Below, piece after piece: positions 38,031 to 48,810 of a stretch of 64,000 nt of DNA (the first letter of the stretch is position 1; each line of letters starts with the position of its first letter). Below the pieces are notes generated by a model that had not been told where the DNA came from, made no database searches, and saw only the letters and a list, made by a program, of their open reading frames with translations. A program made the translations under genes and the position numbers. Location: the sequence record NC_027364.1, one strand, 5' to 3'.

Positions 38031-38039
38031 ATTTCATTC

Positions 38040-38624
38040 CTATTTCAGTACTTTAGTCAATGCTTTCACAGCGGTTTCGAGTTGAGCATAGTCGTTAATT
38101 GTAAGGTAATGAATACCATGTGCATTCATTTCAGCATCTATTTTACTATATAAATCAAACATGTCAAGGATATGATTGTATGCATATGAAGTATTTGAAA
38201 CACACAATTCTTGGAACAAACGTTCTTCCAAGTCATTCACAACTTCACCATGAATGTCAAGTACTACACCATCTTTGTAAGTATAGTATTCTTCACTCCA
38301 CTCTTCAGAAAGTCGGAACAGTAACGGATTCCCGCCGAACACTTCCATGTCATAGGAATTTATCTCACTAAGTAGTGTTTCACCTGGTTCTGGTGTGAAG
38401 TCGAAATATGCGAGTGTTGAACCATCATAGTCCTTGAGTGATATACCAGTATGATTTAAGCTTACTTCACCATAATTATTATTCTTGAACTTGATTTTGA
38501 TATTAATCTCAATGTATTTTATTGTCTCATCATCACTGAAATTGTAATCAATTTTATACTTTTCCCAAAGAAGTTTGATATCTTTGAAGTACTTTAATTT
38601 ACTTTCAATTTCTTTAAAGTCCAT
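38040..38624 (-). CDS. FQ-box family protein
   Basis: DLEERLFQELCV. Confidence 0.75.
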   Translation of the reverse strand: MDFKEIESKLKYFKDIKLLWEKYKIDYNFSDDETIKYIEINIKIKFKNNNYGEVSLNHTGISLKDYDGSTLAYFDFTPEPGETLLSEINSYDMEVFGGNPLLFRLSEEWSEEYYTYKDGVVLDIHGEVVNDLEERLFQELCVSNTSYAYNHILDMFDLYSKIDAEMNAHGIHYLTINDYAQLETAVKALTKVLK

Positions 38625-39216
38625 CTGGAACCACCATTTCTTGAATGTGCTTACATTTTATATTTGCCATATTAGTATGCAATATAAGGGTGTGATTACG
38701 CAATGATTTTACTTTATAGCACTCATTGAGTACTGAAATAATTCCCCATAACTCTTCTACACTAATAGTGATAGGTTCACTTGTACTCAGTTGCATTAGT
38801 GCTGCTTCAACATCATCTTTGTTATTAATAGTGAACTGAATTCCTCTTTTGAGAATTTTAGTTTTTGGATTGTATTCAGCTAATACATCACCTTCTGGAT
38901 AACCCTCATGAAGTAATAATGTTGTTTCAAAATCACCGCAGTTGAAGTTAATTTCATCATAATCAGGTACACAAATGTTTCCTTCCCCGTACTCATTAGG
39001 TTCAGATTCTAGTGTTAAAATACGCTGAGTCTCATTGCTCAGGATGATAGAATCATTCCAGTACTGGGTAGTGAATGCTCTACGTTTCTTTTGAAAGCAC
39101 ATACTCGACATTGACCCATACTTCTTGTATATGGACTTCTTGAACTCAATAGCAGCAGGAGCCACCTTGATAACTTCACGAATTAAGTCAATAGCTTCTT
39201 GATAACTTTTTCTCAT
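38614..39216 (-). CDS. FQ-box family protein (variant)
   Basis: DVEAALMQLSTS. Confidence 0.7.
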   Translation of the reverse strand: MRKSYQEAIDLIREVIKVAPAAIEFKKSIYKKYGSMSSMCFQKKRRAFTTQYWNDSIILSNETQRILTLESEPNEYGEGNICVPDYDEINFNCGDFETTLLLHEGYPEGDVLAEYNPKTKILKRGIQFTINNKDDVEAALMQLSTSEPITISVEELWGIISVLNECYKVKSLRNHTLILHTNMANIKCKHIQEMVVPDGL

Positions 39217-39764
39217 TTATCGTATCCATATAAAATATGATCTAGTGTACTTTGGACTTCTTCATGAAAGAATGAAGGGTAAACTAGTATTAATTTATCT
39301 TTAAGTTCAAGGGAATGGCATAGTTCTAATGTTTTGTAACAATCCTCGTACTGTGCCAGAACATGCAATGTACTTAACTGAAAATGTTGTTCTTCAGAGT
39401 ACAATAAATCATAAACCATATTATCGGATAAAAGATTAGATTTGATTGAAGGATCAAGTACTGTCTGATGGTGACCAACCCAAAAGATAGCTTTGGAGTT
39501 AATGTTATTACAACCCCATCCTTTCCCCATCTTTTGGTGAATAGCAAATACACAGGAATCATACAAATTAATGTTCAGACGTTCTTCGTCTGCATGGATA
39601 GTTACACCATCAATAGATAGTGTATATTTGAAATCCATAGCCCCCTCACTTCGTGCACGGGAACTAAAGACGATATATCGATGAATTATGGTATTGATTT
39701 TATCTGCCCATCCTTCAACACATTTGGATGCACATAATGTAAAAAGATCATGATTGTAGTTCAT
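39213..39764 (-). CDS. FQ-box family protein
   Basis: YSEEQHFQLSTLH. Confidence 0.75.
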   Translation of the reverse strand: MNYNHDLFTLCASKCVEGWADKINTIIHRYIVFSSRARSEGAMDFKYTLSIDGVTIHADEERLNINLYDSCVFAIHQKMGKGWGCNNINSKAIFWVGHHQTVLDPSIKSNLLSDNMVYDLLYSEEQHFQLSTLHVLAQYEDCYKTLELCHSLELKDKLILVYPSFFHEEVQSTLDHILYGYDK

Positions 39765-39782
39765 AAAATTCTCCTTGAGAAC

Positions 39783-39820
39783 AATGTATCATACAAAAAA
39801 ACCAGAGTCAACCCCTGGTA
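39783..39820 (-). promoter_or_regulatory. promoter whose -35 lies in a terminator loop
   Basis: ACCAGGG-GTTG-ACTCTGGT-T-tract hairpin; TTGACT-17 bp-TG-A-TACATT. Confidence 0.65.
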
Positions 39821-39825
39821 CAAAT

Positions 39826-40407
39826 TTAATCCATCATAAGTGGGATGATTGCCCATATCTTTTTCATAATCATATCTTCAGTAAAAACAAATGTTTTAGG
39901 AGCAGTATATGATATTGACACACCAAATGGAAGTTTGATTGCATCATCAATTATATTATGAATATCAAACCATGTTTTAACATAATCATATGGTGGAAGT
40001 TCATGAATTGTACTTAACTGAAAGTAATGTTCTTCACCAAAATCATTATATTCAATTTCACAAATTTTAGTGAATTGTTGATTCCATTTAGATATAATAC
40101 TATTTTTATTATTGTACATAGTAGTTCTATGCATAAAACCATTTTTGCTAGTATGATTTGATATTACGTTTTCTTCAATGTCAGTATCTATTTTAAAATT
40201 CATATCAAAGTTGTAGTACGGACTCGAAGATTCTTTGAATTTTAAATGTAAATTACGATTGTTATTAATTTCAATTTCAATACAAAACACATCTGAATCA
40301 AAACGATTAAACTTGTAATCGTTATCTTCCGGTAGATTCTGTATTTTTTTCATAATACTAAGCATAGGGTGTACTACACTTTTAATAAAATCATTTGTTA
40401 TTTTCAT
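39826..40407 (-). CDS. FQ-box family protein
   Basis: FGEEHYFQLSTIH. Confidence 0.75.
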   Translation of the reverse strand: MKITNDFIKSVVHPMLSIMKKIQNLPEDNDYKFNRFDSDVFCIEIEINNNRNLHLKFKESSSPYYNFDMNFKIDTDIEENVISNHTSKNGFMHRTTMYNNKNSIISKWNQQFTKICEIEYNDFGEEHYFQLSTIHELPPYDYVKTWFDIHNIIDDAIKLPFGVSISYTAPKTFVFTEDMIMKKIWAIIPLMMD

Positions 40408-40900
40408 AGTATTCCTTTAGAACTTTATATGATTCAACAATACTATCTTGTGTATAATTTGAACTATATACAACAGCACTTGTTTTAGTTGACCATAGAT
40501 ATGACATAAAGGTTATAACACTACTACATGGACTTAATGTATTGTTTTGGAATTCAATTTCTTCAATGTTATCAGTACTGGTATTGATGAATTGTAAAGT
40601 ATCCATTGATTTATTGTACAGCGATACTATAGTAGAATCCGTACCAGGACTATACATGAATGTCTCATTGCTAATAGTACTATCATTAGTATATGATGGT
40701 TTAGGAATATAAATCAAACGCATGATATCACGCTCCAGACCTGACTTATTACTTTCCACCAAAGAAATCATATCTATATTTGTTATATGTTCAACACTGA
40801 CATGGAACTTTTTGTTTAGAATTACATCTTTTGGAGAATTTTTATATGAAGATAAGATCTCATACATCTCAACTAATTCTCGTGCATTTAATAAACTCAT
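40391..40900 (-). CDS. FQ-box family protein (variant)
   Basis: IEEIEFQNNTL. Confidence 0.7.
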   Translation of the reverse strand: MSLLNARELVEMYEILSSYKNSPKDVILNKKFHVSVEHITNIDMISLVESNKSGLERDIMRLIYIPKPSYTNDSTISNETFMYSPGTDSTIVSLYNKSMDTLQFINTSTDNIEEIEFQNNTLSPCSSVITFMSYLWSTKTSAVVYSSNYTQDSIVESYKVLKEYYENNK

Positions 40901-41325
40901 GTTTTGTCTCTTAATGAAAGAATATCCTTAGTATAAACTGAAACAGAAATATGATTATATTTCATCATTAATTTATACACATAAGAAGCTAGTACTAAAT
41001 CGTAAATTAATTTAGTATTATATAGTACTTGGTATTGTAACGCAAGTGAATCAATATCATCTTTACTTTCAATATCCAGAAATGTACCAAAAATTGTAGT
41101 ACCGTGGAGATGAAAAGTGGAATTAATGCAATCAATGCATTCATTGTCCAACAGAGTAGATGATGATGCCCTCGGTGAATCCCAAATAGTCACTGCGTGT
41201 ATGCCCTCAACGAACAAATCTATCCATATTTTGTGTCGTTGTCTTTTTTTTGTTTTATAATTTTCTGGATTTGAAAGTGTAGTTTCAATTATATCCCATA
41301 TGTACAAACAATCATCTCTTGTCAT
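40897..41325 (-). CDS. FQ-box family protein (divergent)
   Basis: DIDSLALQYQVLY. Confidence 0.65.
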   Translation of the reverse strand: MTRDDCLYIWDIIETTLSNPENYKTKKRQRHKIWIDLFVEGIHAVTIWDSPRASSSTLLDNECIDCINSTFHLHGTTIFGTFLDIESKDDIDSLALQYQVLYNTKLIYDLVLASYVYKLMMKYNHISVSVYTKDILSLRDKT

Positions 41326-41903
41326 TATAGCACCTTATCCATTGCTGCATTTAATGCTTTTAAACGATCTACATTCAAATTATTGAAGATGTATGTTCCT
41401 AACATGTGGAAATCGAACTGGTACTTTTTGTATTCATGATAAATTAAACTACAAAAAATAACAGTACTAAGAACCTCTTCATGTATAACAGTGCTCATCT
41501 GGAACAGTTCTTCTTCAACTGTACTTGATTCTGGATTGATAGCTTTTAACACATACTCTTCATCACCGAATAGTACTTTAATATTATATAAAACACTAAT
41601 AGTACTAATATGGAATGGGTGGTGTGAAAAACTTCCATCATCCTTAATTTGTATATCGGTTCTAATCTCACACTCTTCATTACTTTTATTTTTATTTTTT
41701 ACAATACAAATATTTCTAGCCCCAGAAATAGTAAGAATACCGTGATCGTAATATTCATTGGACCAACATTTAGATGAAATTGCTACATCACGGATGAGGT
41801 ATTGTTTTTCAATTTCTTTTGCACTACTAACAATTGATAACATTTTTGTACTGATATCATATAATAACTGATGGCGTTCTGTCATATAACTATAAGCGTT
41901 CAT
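41325..41903 (-). CDS. FQ-box family protein
   Basis: TVEEELFQMSTVI. Confidence 0.75.
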   Translation of the reverse strand: MNAYSYMTERHQLLYDISTKMLSIVSSAKEIEKQYLIRDVAISSKCWSNEYYDHGILTISGARNICIVKNKNKSNEECEIRTDIQIKDDGSFSHHPFHISTISVLYNIKVLFGDEEYVLKAINPESSTVEEELFQMSTVIHEEVLSTVIFCSLIYHEYKKYQFDFHMLGTYIFNNLNVDRLKALNAAMDKVL

Positions 41904-42474
41904 ATTTTTCCTTAACCGATTCTATATTTTGAAGTAGTGTATTCAGAACATCAGTCTTGTAATTGATAAAATCATTGTACATAACTAGTTCACCACAATC
42001 AAGAACTTTTGCAGTATCGTAACAAAGCATTAAGTACTCGAATTCTTTGTAATTGTCCAACAATGATTTCTGGAAAATGAATGCATCTCGAATATCTTCA
42101 CTTTGGTCTAATTCTGGTGGAACATCCAACCCAATAAAACCATCATCTTCACTGAAATCAGATTCTACAATTTTATTCATTTTTTCATGTAATGCATTCG
42201 CAAATACCATATTAGAAGAAATAGAACCAATACGTTCACGATTTCTGGATGTGCGAATGTACATAGTAATCGTATCCCATGAACTTTTAATTTTTTTAGA
42301 AAATTCATAAGTTTTATATACATCCAACTGAACTGAACCAAAACGATGTTTGGATTTGTTTTCAATTTTCAGTCGATAATCATCAAATTCAACAATTTCT
42401 GTAATGTCATGAATCTCTGAAAGTTCTGCAATGTCATGCATGAGTCTCAAAATTTTAGTTCTGATATGGTTCAT
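41890..42474 (-). CDS. FQ-box family protein
   Basis: IRDAFIFQKSLL. Confidence 0.75.
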   Translation of the reverse strand: MNHIRTKILRLMHDIAELSEIHDITEIVEFDDYRLKIENKSKHRFGSVQLDVYKTYEFSKKIKSSWDTITMYIRTSRNRERIGSISSNMVFANALHEKMNKIVESDFSEDDGFIGLDVPPELDQSEDIRDAFIFQKSLLDNYKEFEYLMLCYDTAKVLDCGELVMYNDFINYKTDVLNTLLQNIESVKEKYERL

Positions 42475-43037
42475 TGTGCATCCTCGAATTTAACAGGTAC
42501 ATATTCATTAATGAAATTCTTAAGAGCCTGTACTAAATCCTCTAATTCTTTTGTACTGTATTTTAAAATAGTTTTAAAGTGAATCAAATCTTTTCTTTCC
42601 ATGATCTTTGGAATTTTATATGCTAACTCTAAACAGCGTACAGTACTGGCATCATACAAAAGGTTTGCGTTGAACATTAGCACATTGTATTCATCAGATG
42701 AAATTTTATAATTATATGTATCAATCACTTCATGTGTGTATAAATTCTTATACACAATTTTATTCTCACTGAAGTTTGAGCAAACACACAGATAATCGTT
42801 GTAAAATGAAGAACGATAATCTTGTTTACGTTGTACATCTGCTATGATTTGTAATACTGTATATTTTTCTTCAGAATCCAACTCAATGTTAGCATAACTG
42901 CTCGCAGTTTCAGATACAAGGATATTGATGTTATATTTCTCATTAACTTTAATGTACTGGCGTGAACCAGTATCAGGAATGAACTTAAAACAATGCTTCA
43001 GAAGTAAGGTAACTTCTTTAATTAATTCAGTACTCAT
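42471..43037 (-). CDS. FQ-box family protein (divergent)
   Basis: DEYNVLMFNANLLYD. Confidence 0.7.
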   Translation of the reverse strand: MSTELIKEVTLLLKHCFKFIPDTGSRQYIKVNEKYNINILVSETASSYANIELDSEEKYTVLQIIADVQRKQDYRSSFYNDYLCVCSNFSENKIVYKNLYTHEVIDTYNYKISSDEYNVLMFNANLLYDASTVRCLELAYKIPKIMERKDLIHFKTILKYSTKELEDLVQALKNFINEYVPVKFEDAQ

Positions 43038-43064
43038 ATCTTCTCCTATCCTCTATTAAAAGCG

Positions 43065-43093
43065 ATTATAACACATCTGAATGCTACTGTAAA
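43065..43093 (-). promoter_or_regulatory. sigma70-like promoter
   Basis: TTTACA-17 bp-TG-T-TATAAT. Confidence 0.75.
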
Positions 43094-43104
43094 GACATAA
43101 ACAC

Positions 43105-43126
43105 AAAAAGACCCATAAGGGTCTTT
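43105..43126 (-). terminator. intrinsic terminator
   Basis: AAAGACCC-TTAT-GGGTCTTTTT. Confidence 0.75.
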
Positions 43127-43691
43127 ATTTTGGTAAAACACTGTCAATGTACGCTAGAGCTTCATCTCTAAGGTACGTCCCATCTATTGTTAGGTAATAG
43201 TTCATGGGAATATCACTCCCAACGTTCTCATAAATTTTCATACATGATATCACATCTTCATCACAAATGGTACTCAATTGAAAAAGTACTTCATCGGTTA
43301 ACGGTACGATATCAAGTTTAGATATAGGATTGGTATTTTCATTCAACACAATATTAATCAAGTTAGGAGTATTCTTTGACGAAATGTAACGATGCTTACT
43401 ACGAATTACCATTCTCGATAGTGAAATACTGGAACTCCATCTTGGATCAACATCTTCATATGATAACGATATTAACATCTCGTGAAAATCTTGAAATTTC
43501 ATTGACGCATAATATGTTTTGTCCTCACCGTACATTCCAAATGATTTGAATTCAATATCCCCTACTTTGTATGTATCGACATCATTATTTGAGAACTTTA
43601 TTAAACTCTTAATTAGTCTAATTAGAATATCATCTTTATCCATTCTTAAATAACTCCAAGTGCATGTCGTATAAATCTCTGAAGTCTTCAT
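43125..43691 (-). CDS. FQ-box family protein
   Basis: LTDEVLFQLSTI. Confidence 0.75.
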   Translation of the reverse strand: MKTSEIYTTCTWSYLRMDKDDILIRLIKSLIKFSNNDVDTYKVGDIEFKSFGMYGEDKTYYASMKFQDFHEMLISLSYEDVDPRWSSSISLSRMVIRSKHRYISSKNTPNLINIVLNENTNPISKLDIVPLTDEVLFQLSTICDEDVISCMKIYENVGSDIPMNYYLTIDGTYLRDEALAYIDSVLPK

Positions 43692-44199
43692 AGAAATCTT
43701 TTTCTACCAGAATATCCTTTAAACTAGGAAACTCTTCCATAATTTCTTCTATATCCGATTCTATGAAAAACCCTGATCGATTATCGTAGTTTTGTAACAG
43801 ATAACTGAAAGTAATAATGTAAAGAAGTTCATTAGGATTGTGAATTAAACTTAGCTGGAACATAGCTGATTCTAAATCGGATTCAGTACTAAGATCAACC
43901 CAACGTGAATTTCTATAATCAATTCGTACTTGACTTGTATTTGGATTCCATGTGAAGCAATGTGTACCAATATGACCTATACAACCAACCCTTGTACTGT
44001 CTCCGGTATCAACACTGATATCAACAAATAGTTCAACACAGATATCGGATGATGTTACACGACCTTTTTTCAGAAATAAATCATTATCCTTACGAAATTG
44101 TTTGGATGAAAGAGTGTCAATGATGCACATCAATGTTTTTGCAAATGCAACACAATGACGAAATTCAAGCCTATGAAATTGGTAATCATTGATATTCAT
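43636..44199 (-). CDS. FQ-box family protein
   Basis: DLESAMFQLSLIH. Confidence 0.75.
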   Translation of the reverse strand: MNINDYQFHRLEFRHCVAFAKTLMCIIDTLSSKQFRKDNDLFLKKGRVTSSDICVELFVDISVDTGDSTRVGCIGHIGTHCFTWNPNTSQVRIDYRNSRWVDLSTESDLESAMFQLSLIHNPNELLYIITFSYLLQNYDNRSGFFIESDIEEIMEEFPSLKDILVEKDFYEDFRDLYDMHLELFKNG

Positions 44200-44738
44200 A
44201 ATTCAACCCCCAATATTTTATCAGCAATTGATATAACCTTATCATTGAATACATTACCAATCTCAATCCTTATATACATAGCAGGTGGAATCTTTCCTTG
44301 TAGTGAATAATATGTTTGTATACCTAAGTACTCATTATCTGATAATGAAAATTTGATTCTCTCCATATCAATGTCTGTTACTGGTAAATCAATCATTTCA
44401 TAATGGTAGTCAACGTTTTCAGTGTATATTTTATCGAAGTAATTTGAATAATCACTACTAATATAGATGCTATCATCACGAATAATCACTTTATAATCAG
44501 AAGGTTCAAATTTATCTTTAGAAGAAAAGAATGCATCATCTATCTTCTCTTCTCTTATACCGAATAACATTTTACCATCATATTTTACATCAAGAATACT
44601 ACCTAGTATATTAATGGTACAATGCTCATCAATATTATGACGTAAAGAATGAGTCTTGTATTTTGGGTTAATGAAAATTTTCATTAATTTTATACAAATG
44701 TCAGTAATGCATTTTACATTCTCATTTTCTATGTACAT
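44196..44738 (-). CDS. hypothetical protein, possibly a divergent FQ-box family member
   Basis: same size and context; motif not clear. Confidence 0.7.
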   Translation of the reverse strand: MYIENENVKCITDICIKLMKIFINPKYKTHSLRHNIDEHCTINILGSILDVKYDGKMLFGIREEKIDDAFFSSKDKFEPSDYKVIIRDDSIYISSDYSNYFDKIYTENVDYHYEMIDLPVTDIDMERIKFSLSDNEYLGIQTYYSLQGKIPPAMYIRIEIGNVFNDKVISIADKILGVEL

Positions 44739-45216
44739 TAAAAGCCCTCTTTAATTCTTTTACATTTTTAATGAATACTTTCATTGCAGAAATCTCAAAA
44801 GATAATGTATTAAATTTGCAGTACTTTTTAAAGTACGACATAATGAATAGCATTTTGAGTTCTTTTTCTGTGTAAATTAAACTATTTTGAAAGTAACTTT
44901 CTTCTGATAAATCATCAAGAAACGGATATAAAACTCCATTTGTTCTCAAGAACATGATACCTTCACTCCATGATCTAAATGAAAGGTAATCAGTCTTACC
45001 ACATTCATATAAGGAGTTTATCATTCCATCAATCATTAAGGAGAACTCAATACTGTATCCTAATCTTTCACACTTGTATCTCTTATCTTCTTTCTTTGTA
45101 ATTACGAAGTGATGACCCAGTGAGTCTTTGTTATCGAAAATGAAATCAACTGTCTCTAAACACTCCTTAGCGAACTTCATAGTTTCTCTGTACTTTCGGT
45201 TCATTAGTCTCTCCAA
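44722..45216 (-). CDS. FQ-box family protein
   Basis: LSEESYFQNSLIY. Confidence 0.75.
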   Translation of the reverse strand: MERLMNRKYRETMKFAKECLETVDFIFDNKDSLGHHFVITKKEDKRYKCERLGYSIEFSLMIDGMINSLYECGKTDYLSFRSWSEGIMFLRTNGVLYPFLDDLSEESYFQNSLIYTEKELKMLFIMSYFKKYCKFNTLSFEISAMKVFIKNVKELKRAFNVHRK

Positions 45217-45617
45217 ACTTTACCAGGGAAGTGTTTCTCGTAGTACTCATCATCACTTAACATATAATCAGGAGTTTCTACTTCTATGGTTTTGAAGATT
45301 GTTTCTGGAATGTGTGTGACTTTATTGGGTTGTACTTTATGTTCGCGTAAAACCTTCTGTATCGCTCCTAGACGTTGTAAATCGATACATGTAGGAAAGA
45401 CTAAGCTGTACTGAAATAACTCATCAGGGGTCATTATAGACACATCTTTCGCTTGTTTGATTTGATAATTAGTACTAATGAATATATCAAATCCTTGTAC
45501 AGCATTATAGCTTACATAGGTTGTTTTATTTTTGTCAATAGGAGCACTTAAACGATATCCATATACCCCGTGTTGATCAACAAGACAGCGTTGTATAATT
45601 TTAATCATTTCTAACAT
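45204..45617 (-). CDS. FQ-box family protein
   Basis: MTPDELFQYSLVF. Confidence 0.75.
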   Translation of the reverse strand: MLEMIKIIQRCLVDQHGVYGYRLSAPIDKNKTTYVSYNAVQGFDIFISTNYQIKQAKDVSIMTPDELFQYSLVFPTCIDLQRLGAIQKVLREHKVQPNKVTHIPETIFKTIEVETPDYMLSDDEYYEKHFPGKVWRD

Positions 45618-45963
45618 AATTTACCTCATATGTATTGTAACACCACGGTTTAACAATATCGATTTGTATATCATTTGCTTCATGAAAATGTTTAAGTACC
45701 TTCTGGTATTCCATTATTTCGTACACATCTTCAGTACTGATAGTGCTCTCCTGAAATAATTCCTCTTCTGATAAAGTACTATAATCAGGGATTTTTATTT
45801 CTGAATATATATCATTTATCTTTCCATTATTTTGATAAATCTGGATATAAAATTGATTGTACTCTGGAATATAGGTTACATAATGGTTGTGGTTGATTAC
45901 ATATCTTGAAACAAAGTATTCAGTACCATCCGTCATGTACTGAATTGTTGTTGTATTATGCAT
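45601..45963 (-). CDS. FQ-box family protein, short class
   Basis: PDYSTLSEEELFQESTI. Confidence 0.75.
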   Translation of the reverse strand: MHNTTTIQYMTDGTEYFVSRYVINHNHYVTYIPEYNQFYIQIYQNNGKINDIYSEIKIPDYSTLSEEELFQESTISTEDVYEIMEYQKVLKHFHEANDIQIDIVKPWCYNTYEVNYVRND

Positions 45964-46438
45964 TCAAATAATCCACGCATTGATGGTATACAACTAAATC
46001 TATAAAGAATCGTTGTTTGTATTTGTAATGATGAAGTAGTGCACCATAAAGTAATATAGCATTAAGTACTTTTGCATCATGAATACAAGACCCTTGGAAG
46101 TACATTTCTTCTGTCATGAAAACTAACTCACTATAAGGGACAAGCACTGAATCTCTAAAGGTATCAATATTAATCTTCAAATCAGACCCAGGGCAATATG
46201 AAATATATTCGGTTTTGTAATGAAAGTCATTATCATCAAAGTACTCCGCGTAGATTTGATTACCTCTAACATTAGTAAATGCTAGTCTTCCTTTAGATGA
46301 ACTGAACTCATCGTATTGAAACATACCACCAAAAGGCATTCCACCAAAAGGCTTAGGACTTCTGAACTCCTTTGCAATGCGATAGATATTTTCTGTAAAT
46401 TCTAAAACACCATCGTAATCATATTCTGTAGTAATCAT
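45956..46438 (-). CDS. FQ-box family protein, long class
   Basis: MTEEMYFQGSCIH. Confidence 0.75.
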   Translation of the reverse strand: MITTEYDYDGVLEFTENIYRIAKEFRSPKPFGGMPFGGMFQYDEFSSSKGRLAFTNVRGNQIYAEYFDDNDFHYKTEYISYCPGSDLKINIDTFRDSVLVPYSELVFMTEEMYFQGSCIHDAKVLNAILLYGALLHHYKYKQRFFIDLVVYHQCVDYLNA

Positions 46439-46911
46439 AAACCATTTTTCTCCAGGTACTCAATAATACAATCGACATTGTTCAGGTCCAAGTAGAAATG
46501 ATCACTATCGGAATTTAGTTCATTTTTAAGGGCAGTGTAAATCACAGAACTGAAAACAATCCTCTCTGGATACACAGTACTGTACTGGAAGAACTCTTCT
46601 TCAGTGTTAATTACAATCGTATTAAATGCTTCATTTATAAGAAGATGATTGTAGTATTTGAAATTATCTGAACTTGGAAAATGGTATGAAATAAAATCAC
46701 CACTTGGTACTTCATCAAGTACTCTAATGCTACAAGTTGATTCATCTGAACTATAGAGTAACCCATCCATAAATGAAAGGTATCCATTTCGTTTAATAAC
46801 TTTATGTTCCCCCACGGAAAAATCTTCAGTAACATTCGCAAGGAATTTATAAACCCTGATAATGTCTTTTGCTATTTTTTGTGCATTGCTAAATGATAGG
46901 TCTTTGGACAT
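46435..46911 (-). CDS. FQ-box family protein, long class
   Basis: NTEEEFFQYSTVY. Confidence 0.75.
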   Translation of the reverse strand: MSKDLSFSNAQKIAKDIIRVYKFLANVTEDFSVGEHKVIKRNGYLSFMDGLLYSSDESTCSIRVLDEVPSGDFISYHFPSSDNFKYYNHLLINEAFNTIVINTEEEFFQYSTVYPERIVFSSVIYTALKNELNSDSDHFYLDLNNVDCIIEYLEKNGL

Positions 46912-46944
46912 TGTGATATAACCCTTTACAATTAATATAAAGAG

Positions 46945-46974
46945 ATTATATCACAAAGAATCGGAGGGTGTCAA
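46945..46974 (-). promoter_or_regulatory. consensus sigma70-like promoter
   Basis: TTGACA-18 bp-TG-A-TATAAT. Confidence 0.8.
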
Positions 46975-47555
46975 GATGGGTTGCGAAGTTCTACCATTTC
47001 TTTCCAAACTAATTGGTAATCTTCTAAGTCCAGATAGAAGTCTTCATTCCAGTGCTCATAAAAGTACTTATACATGAATAGAACTCCTAAATCGTATGCA
47101 GGAAACAATAATGATAGTTGAAAGTAGTATTCCTGATTTAAAACTATATCAATGAACTCTAATGTACGTATGCCACCTTTCGATGAACGTATCTCAATGT
47201 GTGAGGTATCCTTTATACTGTAACACATGAAACCGCCTCTGAATTCTGGATCATATTCACATTCGAACTGCTCACTGTTGTTATAGAAATCTCTCCCACT
47301 TTCTTTATCTTTCGGTCTACGTACTGATACATGAATATTGTTATCACGGTACATTGAACGATTTAGTATTTTCAAACATTTGAACTTATTTTCTTTAATG
47401 AACTTGATAATATCAATTATATCTTGTGCTGTACTGATAGCTGATTCGAATGTATCCAACTTAAGATGATTATATTGTGTTCCATTGTTCATTTTTTCAT
47501 CTAACATATAAACCTCATAATTCATACATTTTTGATTTGAACTGCATATGACCAC
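46971..47555 (-). CDS. FQ-box family protein, long class (true start likely internal)
   Basis: LNQEYYFQLSLLF. Confidence 0.75.
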   Translation of the reverse strand: MVICSSNQKCMNYEVYMLDEKMNNGTQYNHLKLDTFESAISTAQDIIDIIKFIKENKFKCLKILNRSMYRDNNIHVSVRRPKDKESGRDFYNNSEQFECEYDPEFRGGFMCYSIKDTSHIEIRSSKGGIRTLEFIDIVLNQEYYFQLSLLFPAYDLGVLFMYKYFYEHWNEDFYLDLEDYQLVWKEMVELRNPS

Positions 47556-47850
47556 CTATTTCACATGGATAACAATTCATAATTTTGTTCAATAAAATCT
47601 GGTATTTTTTAATAACTTCTATATCAATTTTTATATTACTATTAAAAACTAATGATTCTTGAAATAATTCACCCTCGTCAAGTGAAGTAAAATCATTTAT
47701 CTTCAACGGTATATTGTTGCATCGCAAGGAGAATGTATTTTCATCACGAATTAAAGTATAGAAATCATTATGTTTTTTATTATAATCAAATTTCACAAGT
47801 AGTAGTTTAATATGAGTAGCGTACATTACTTTCACTAATTCAGTCTTCAT
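47515..47850 (-). CDS. FQ-box family protein, short class
   Basis: LDEGELFQESLVF. Confidence 0.75.
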   Translation of the reverse strand: MKTELVKVMYATHIKLLLVKFDYNKKHNDFYTLIRDENTFSLRCNNIPLKINDFTSLDEGELFQESLVFNSNIKIDIEVIKKYQILLNKIMNCYPCEIGGHMQFKSKMYEL

Positions 47851-48202
47851 AACGGAATAAAATTCTCCTGTACTGCTCCGGTCCAGTACTCAATCTCTTC
47901 ACTGGATAATTATCAAAGATTCTTTTCATTTCTTTCTGGATTAAACATAAGAAATCAAAGTTACAATCGTACTTATTATCCCATACTAAACTTTCTTGGA
48001 ATAACTCATCCTCTTGCATTAGTGTAGTGTCAATTACATCTTCACGAACATAGCTATATACTTCATAGCTCTTGAAGCCATCTTCTGATAATTCTAATTC
48101 ATATGCAGCCATATCAAACATATCATCATGGTTTGTCTTCAATGATATAAAACAAGTAACTAATTTTTTAGTTGTATAGTATGTAATACTTAATGTGTTC
48201 AT
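47840..48202 (-). CDS. FQ-box family protein, short class
   Basis: MQEDELFQESLVWD. Confidence 0.75.
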   Translation of the reverse strand: MNTLSITYYTTKKLVTCFISLKTNHDDMFDMAAYELELSEDGFKSYEVYSYVREDVIDTTLMQEDELFQESLVWDNKYDCNFDFLCLIQKEMKRIFDNYPVKRLSTGPEQYRRILFRYED

Positions 48203-48207
48203 TTGTT

Positions 48208-48810
48208 TTATACCTCAGTATAAAGCTTACAATAGCTTTCATCAAAATCACAAACACTTCTCAAGTACTGACACAGGTCAGTAAAAATATTTACATTTGC
48301 TATATATACATTATCAAATTCTACTCGTTGAAAGAATGTATGCATAGAATTTGTAATATATCTCATTGCAGATTCACGTTCCATCGTTAAATCATTTGTG
48401 AACATTGCATCTTCATCAGTACTGACTAATTCAATATCAAATGATTGCATATATGGAATACTCTTTCCTAGGGCATAACTATCACCATATGATGCTTCTA
48501 CTGCACCGTTAGAATACACCAATTGATATAAGTCCGAAATAGGGTTATAAAAAGTGCGGCAAATTGAGGAACATAATTTATTATTCATCCAATAGAAAAC
48601 CCTATTTGAATTACCGTCAAATGCTATACGCAATCCATCACCATCTAGAGTAATAATCCCATCCAGAATAAAAGAGAACTGAACTAATGCTTTTTCTAAG
48701 TCCATTCTTTTGTGATAAATGATTTCTTGCATATAGATAATATCATTTACTAATTTCTTAAAAAACAAATGCACATCTGCACTACAACATTTATTTGCAT
48801 TTATTGGCAT
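48208..48810 (-). CDS. FQ-box family protein (divergent)
   Basis: TDEDAMFTNDL. Confidence 0.7.
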   Translation of the reverse strand: MPINANKCCSADVHLFFKKLVNDIIYMQEIIYHKRMDLEKALVQFSFILDGIITLDGDGLRIAFDGNSNRVFYWMNNKLCSSICRTFYNPISDLYQLVYSNGAVEASYGDSYALGKSIPYMQSFDIELVSTDEDAMFTNDLTMERESAMRYITNSMHTFFQRVEFDNVYIANVNIFTDLCQYLRSVCDFDESYCKLYTEV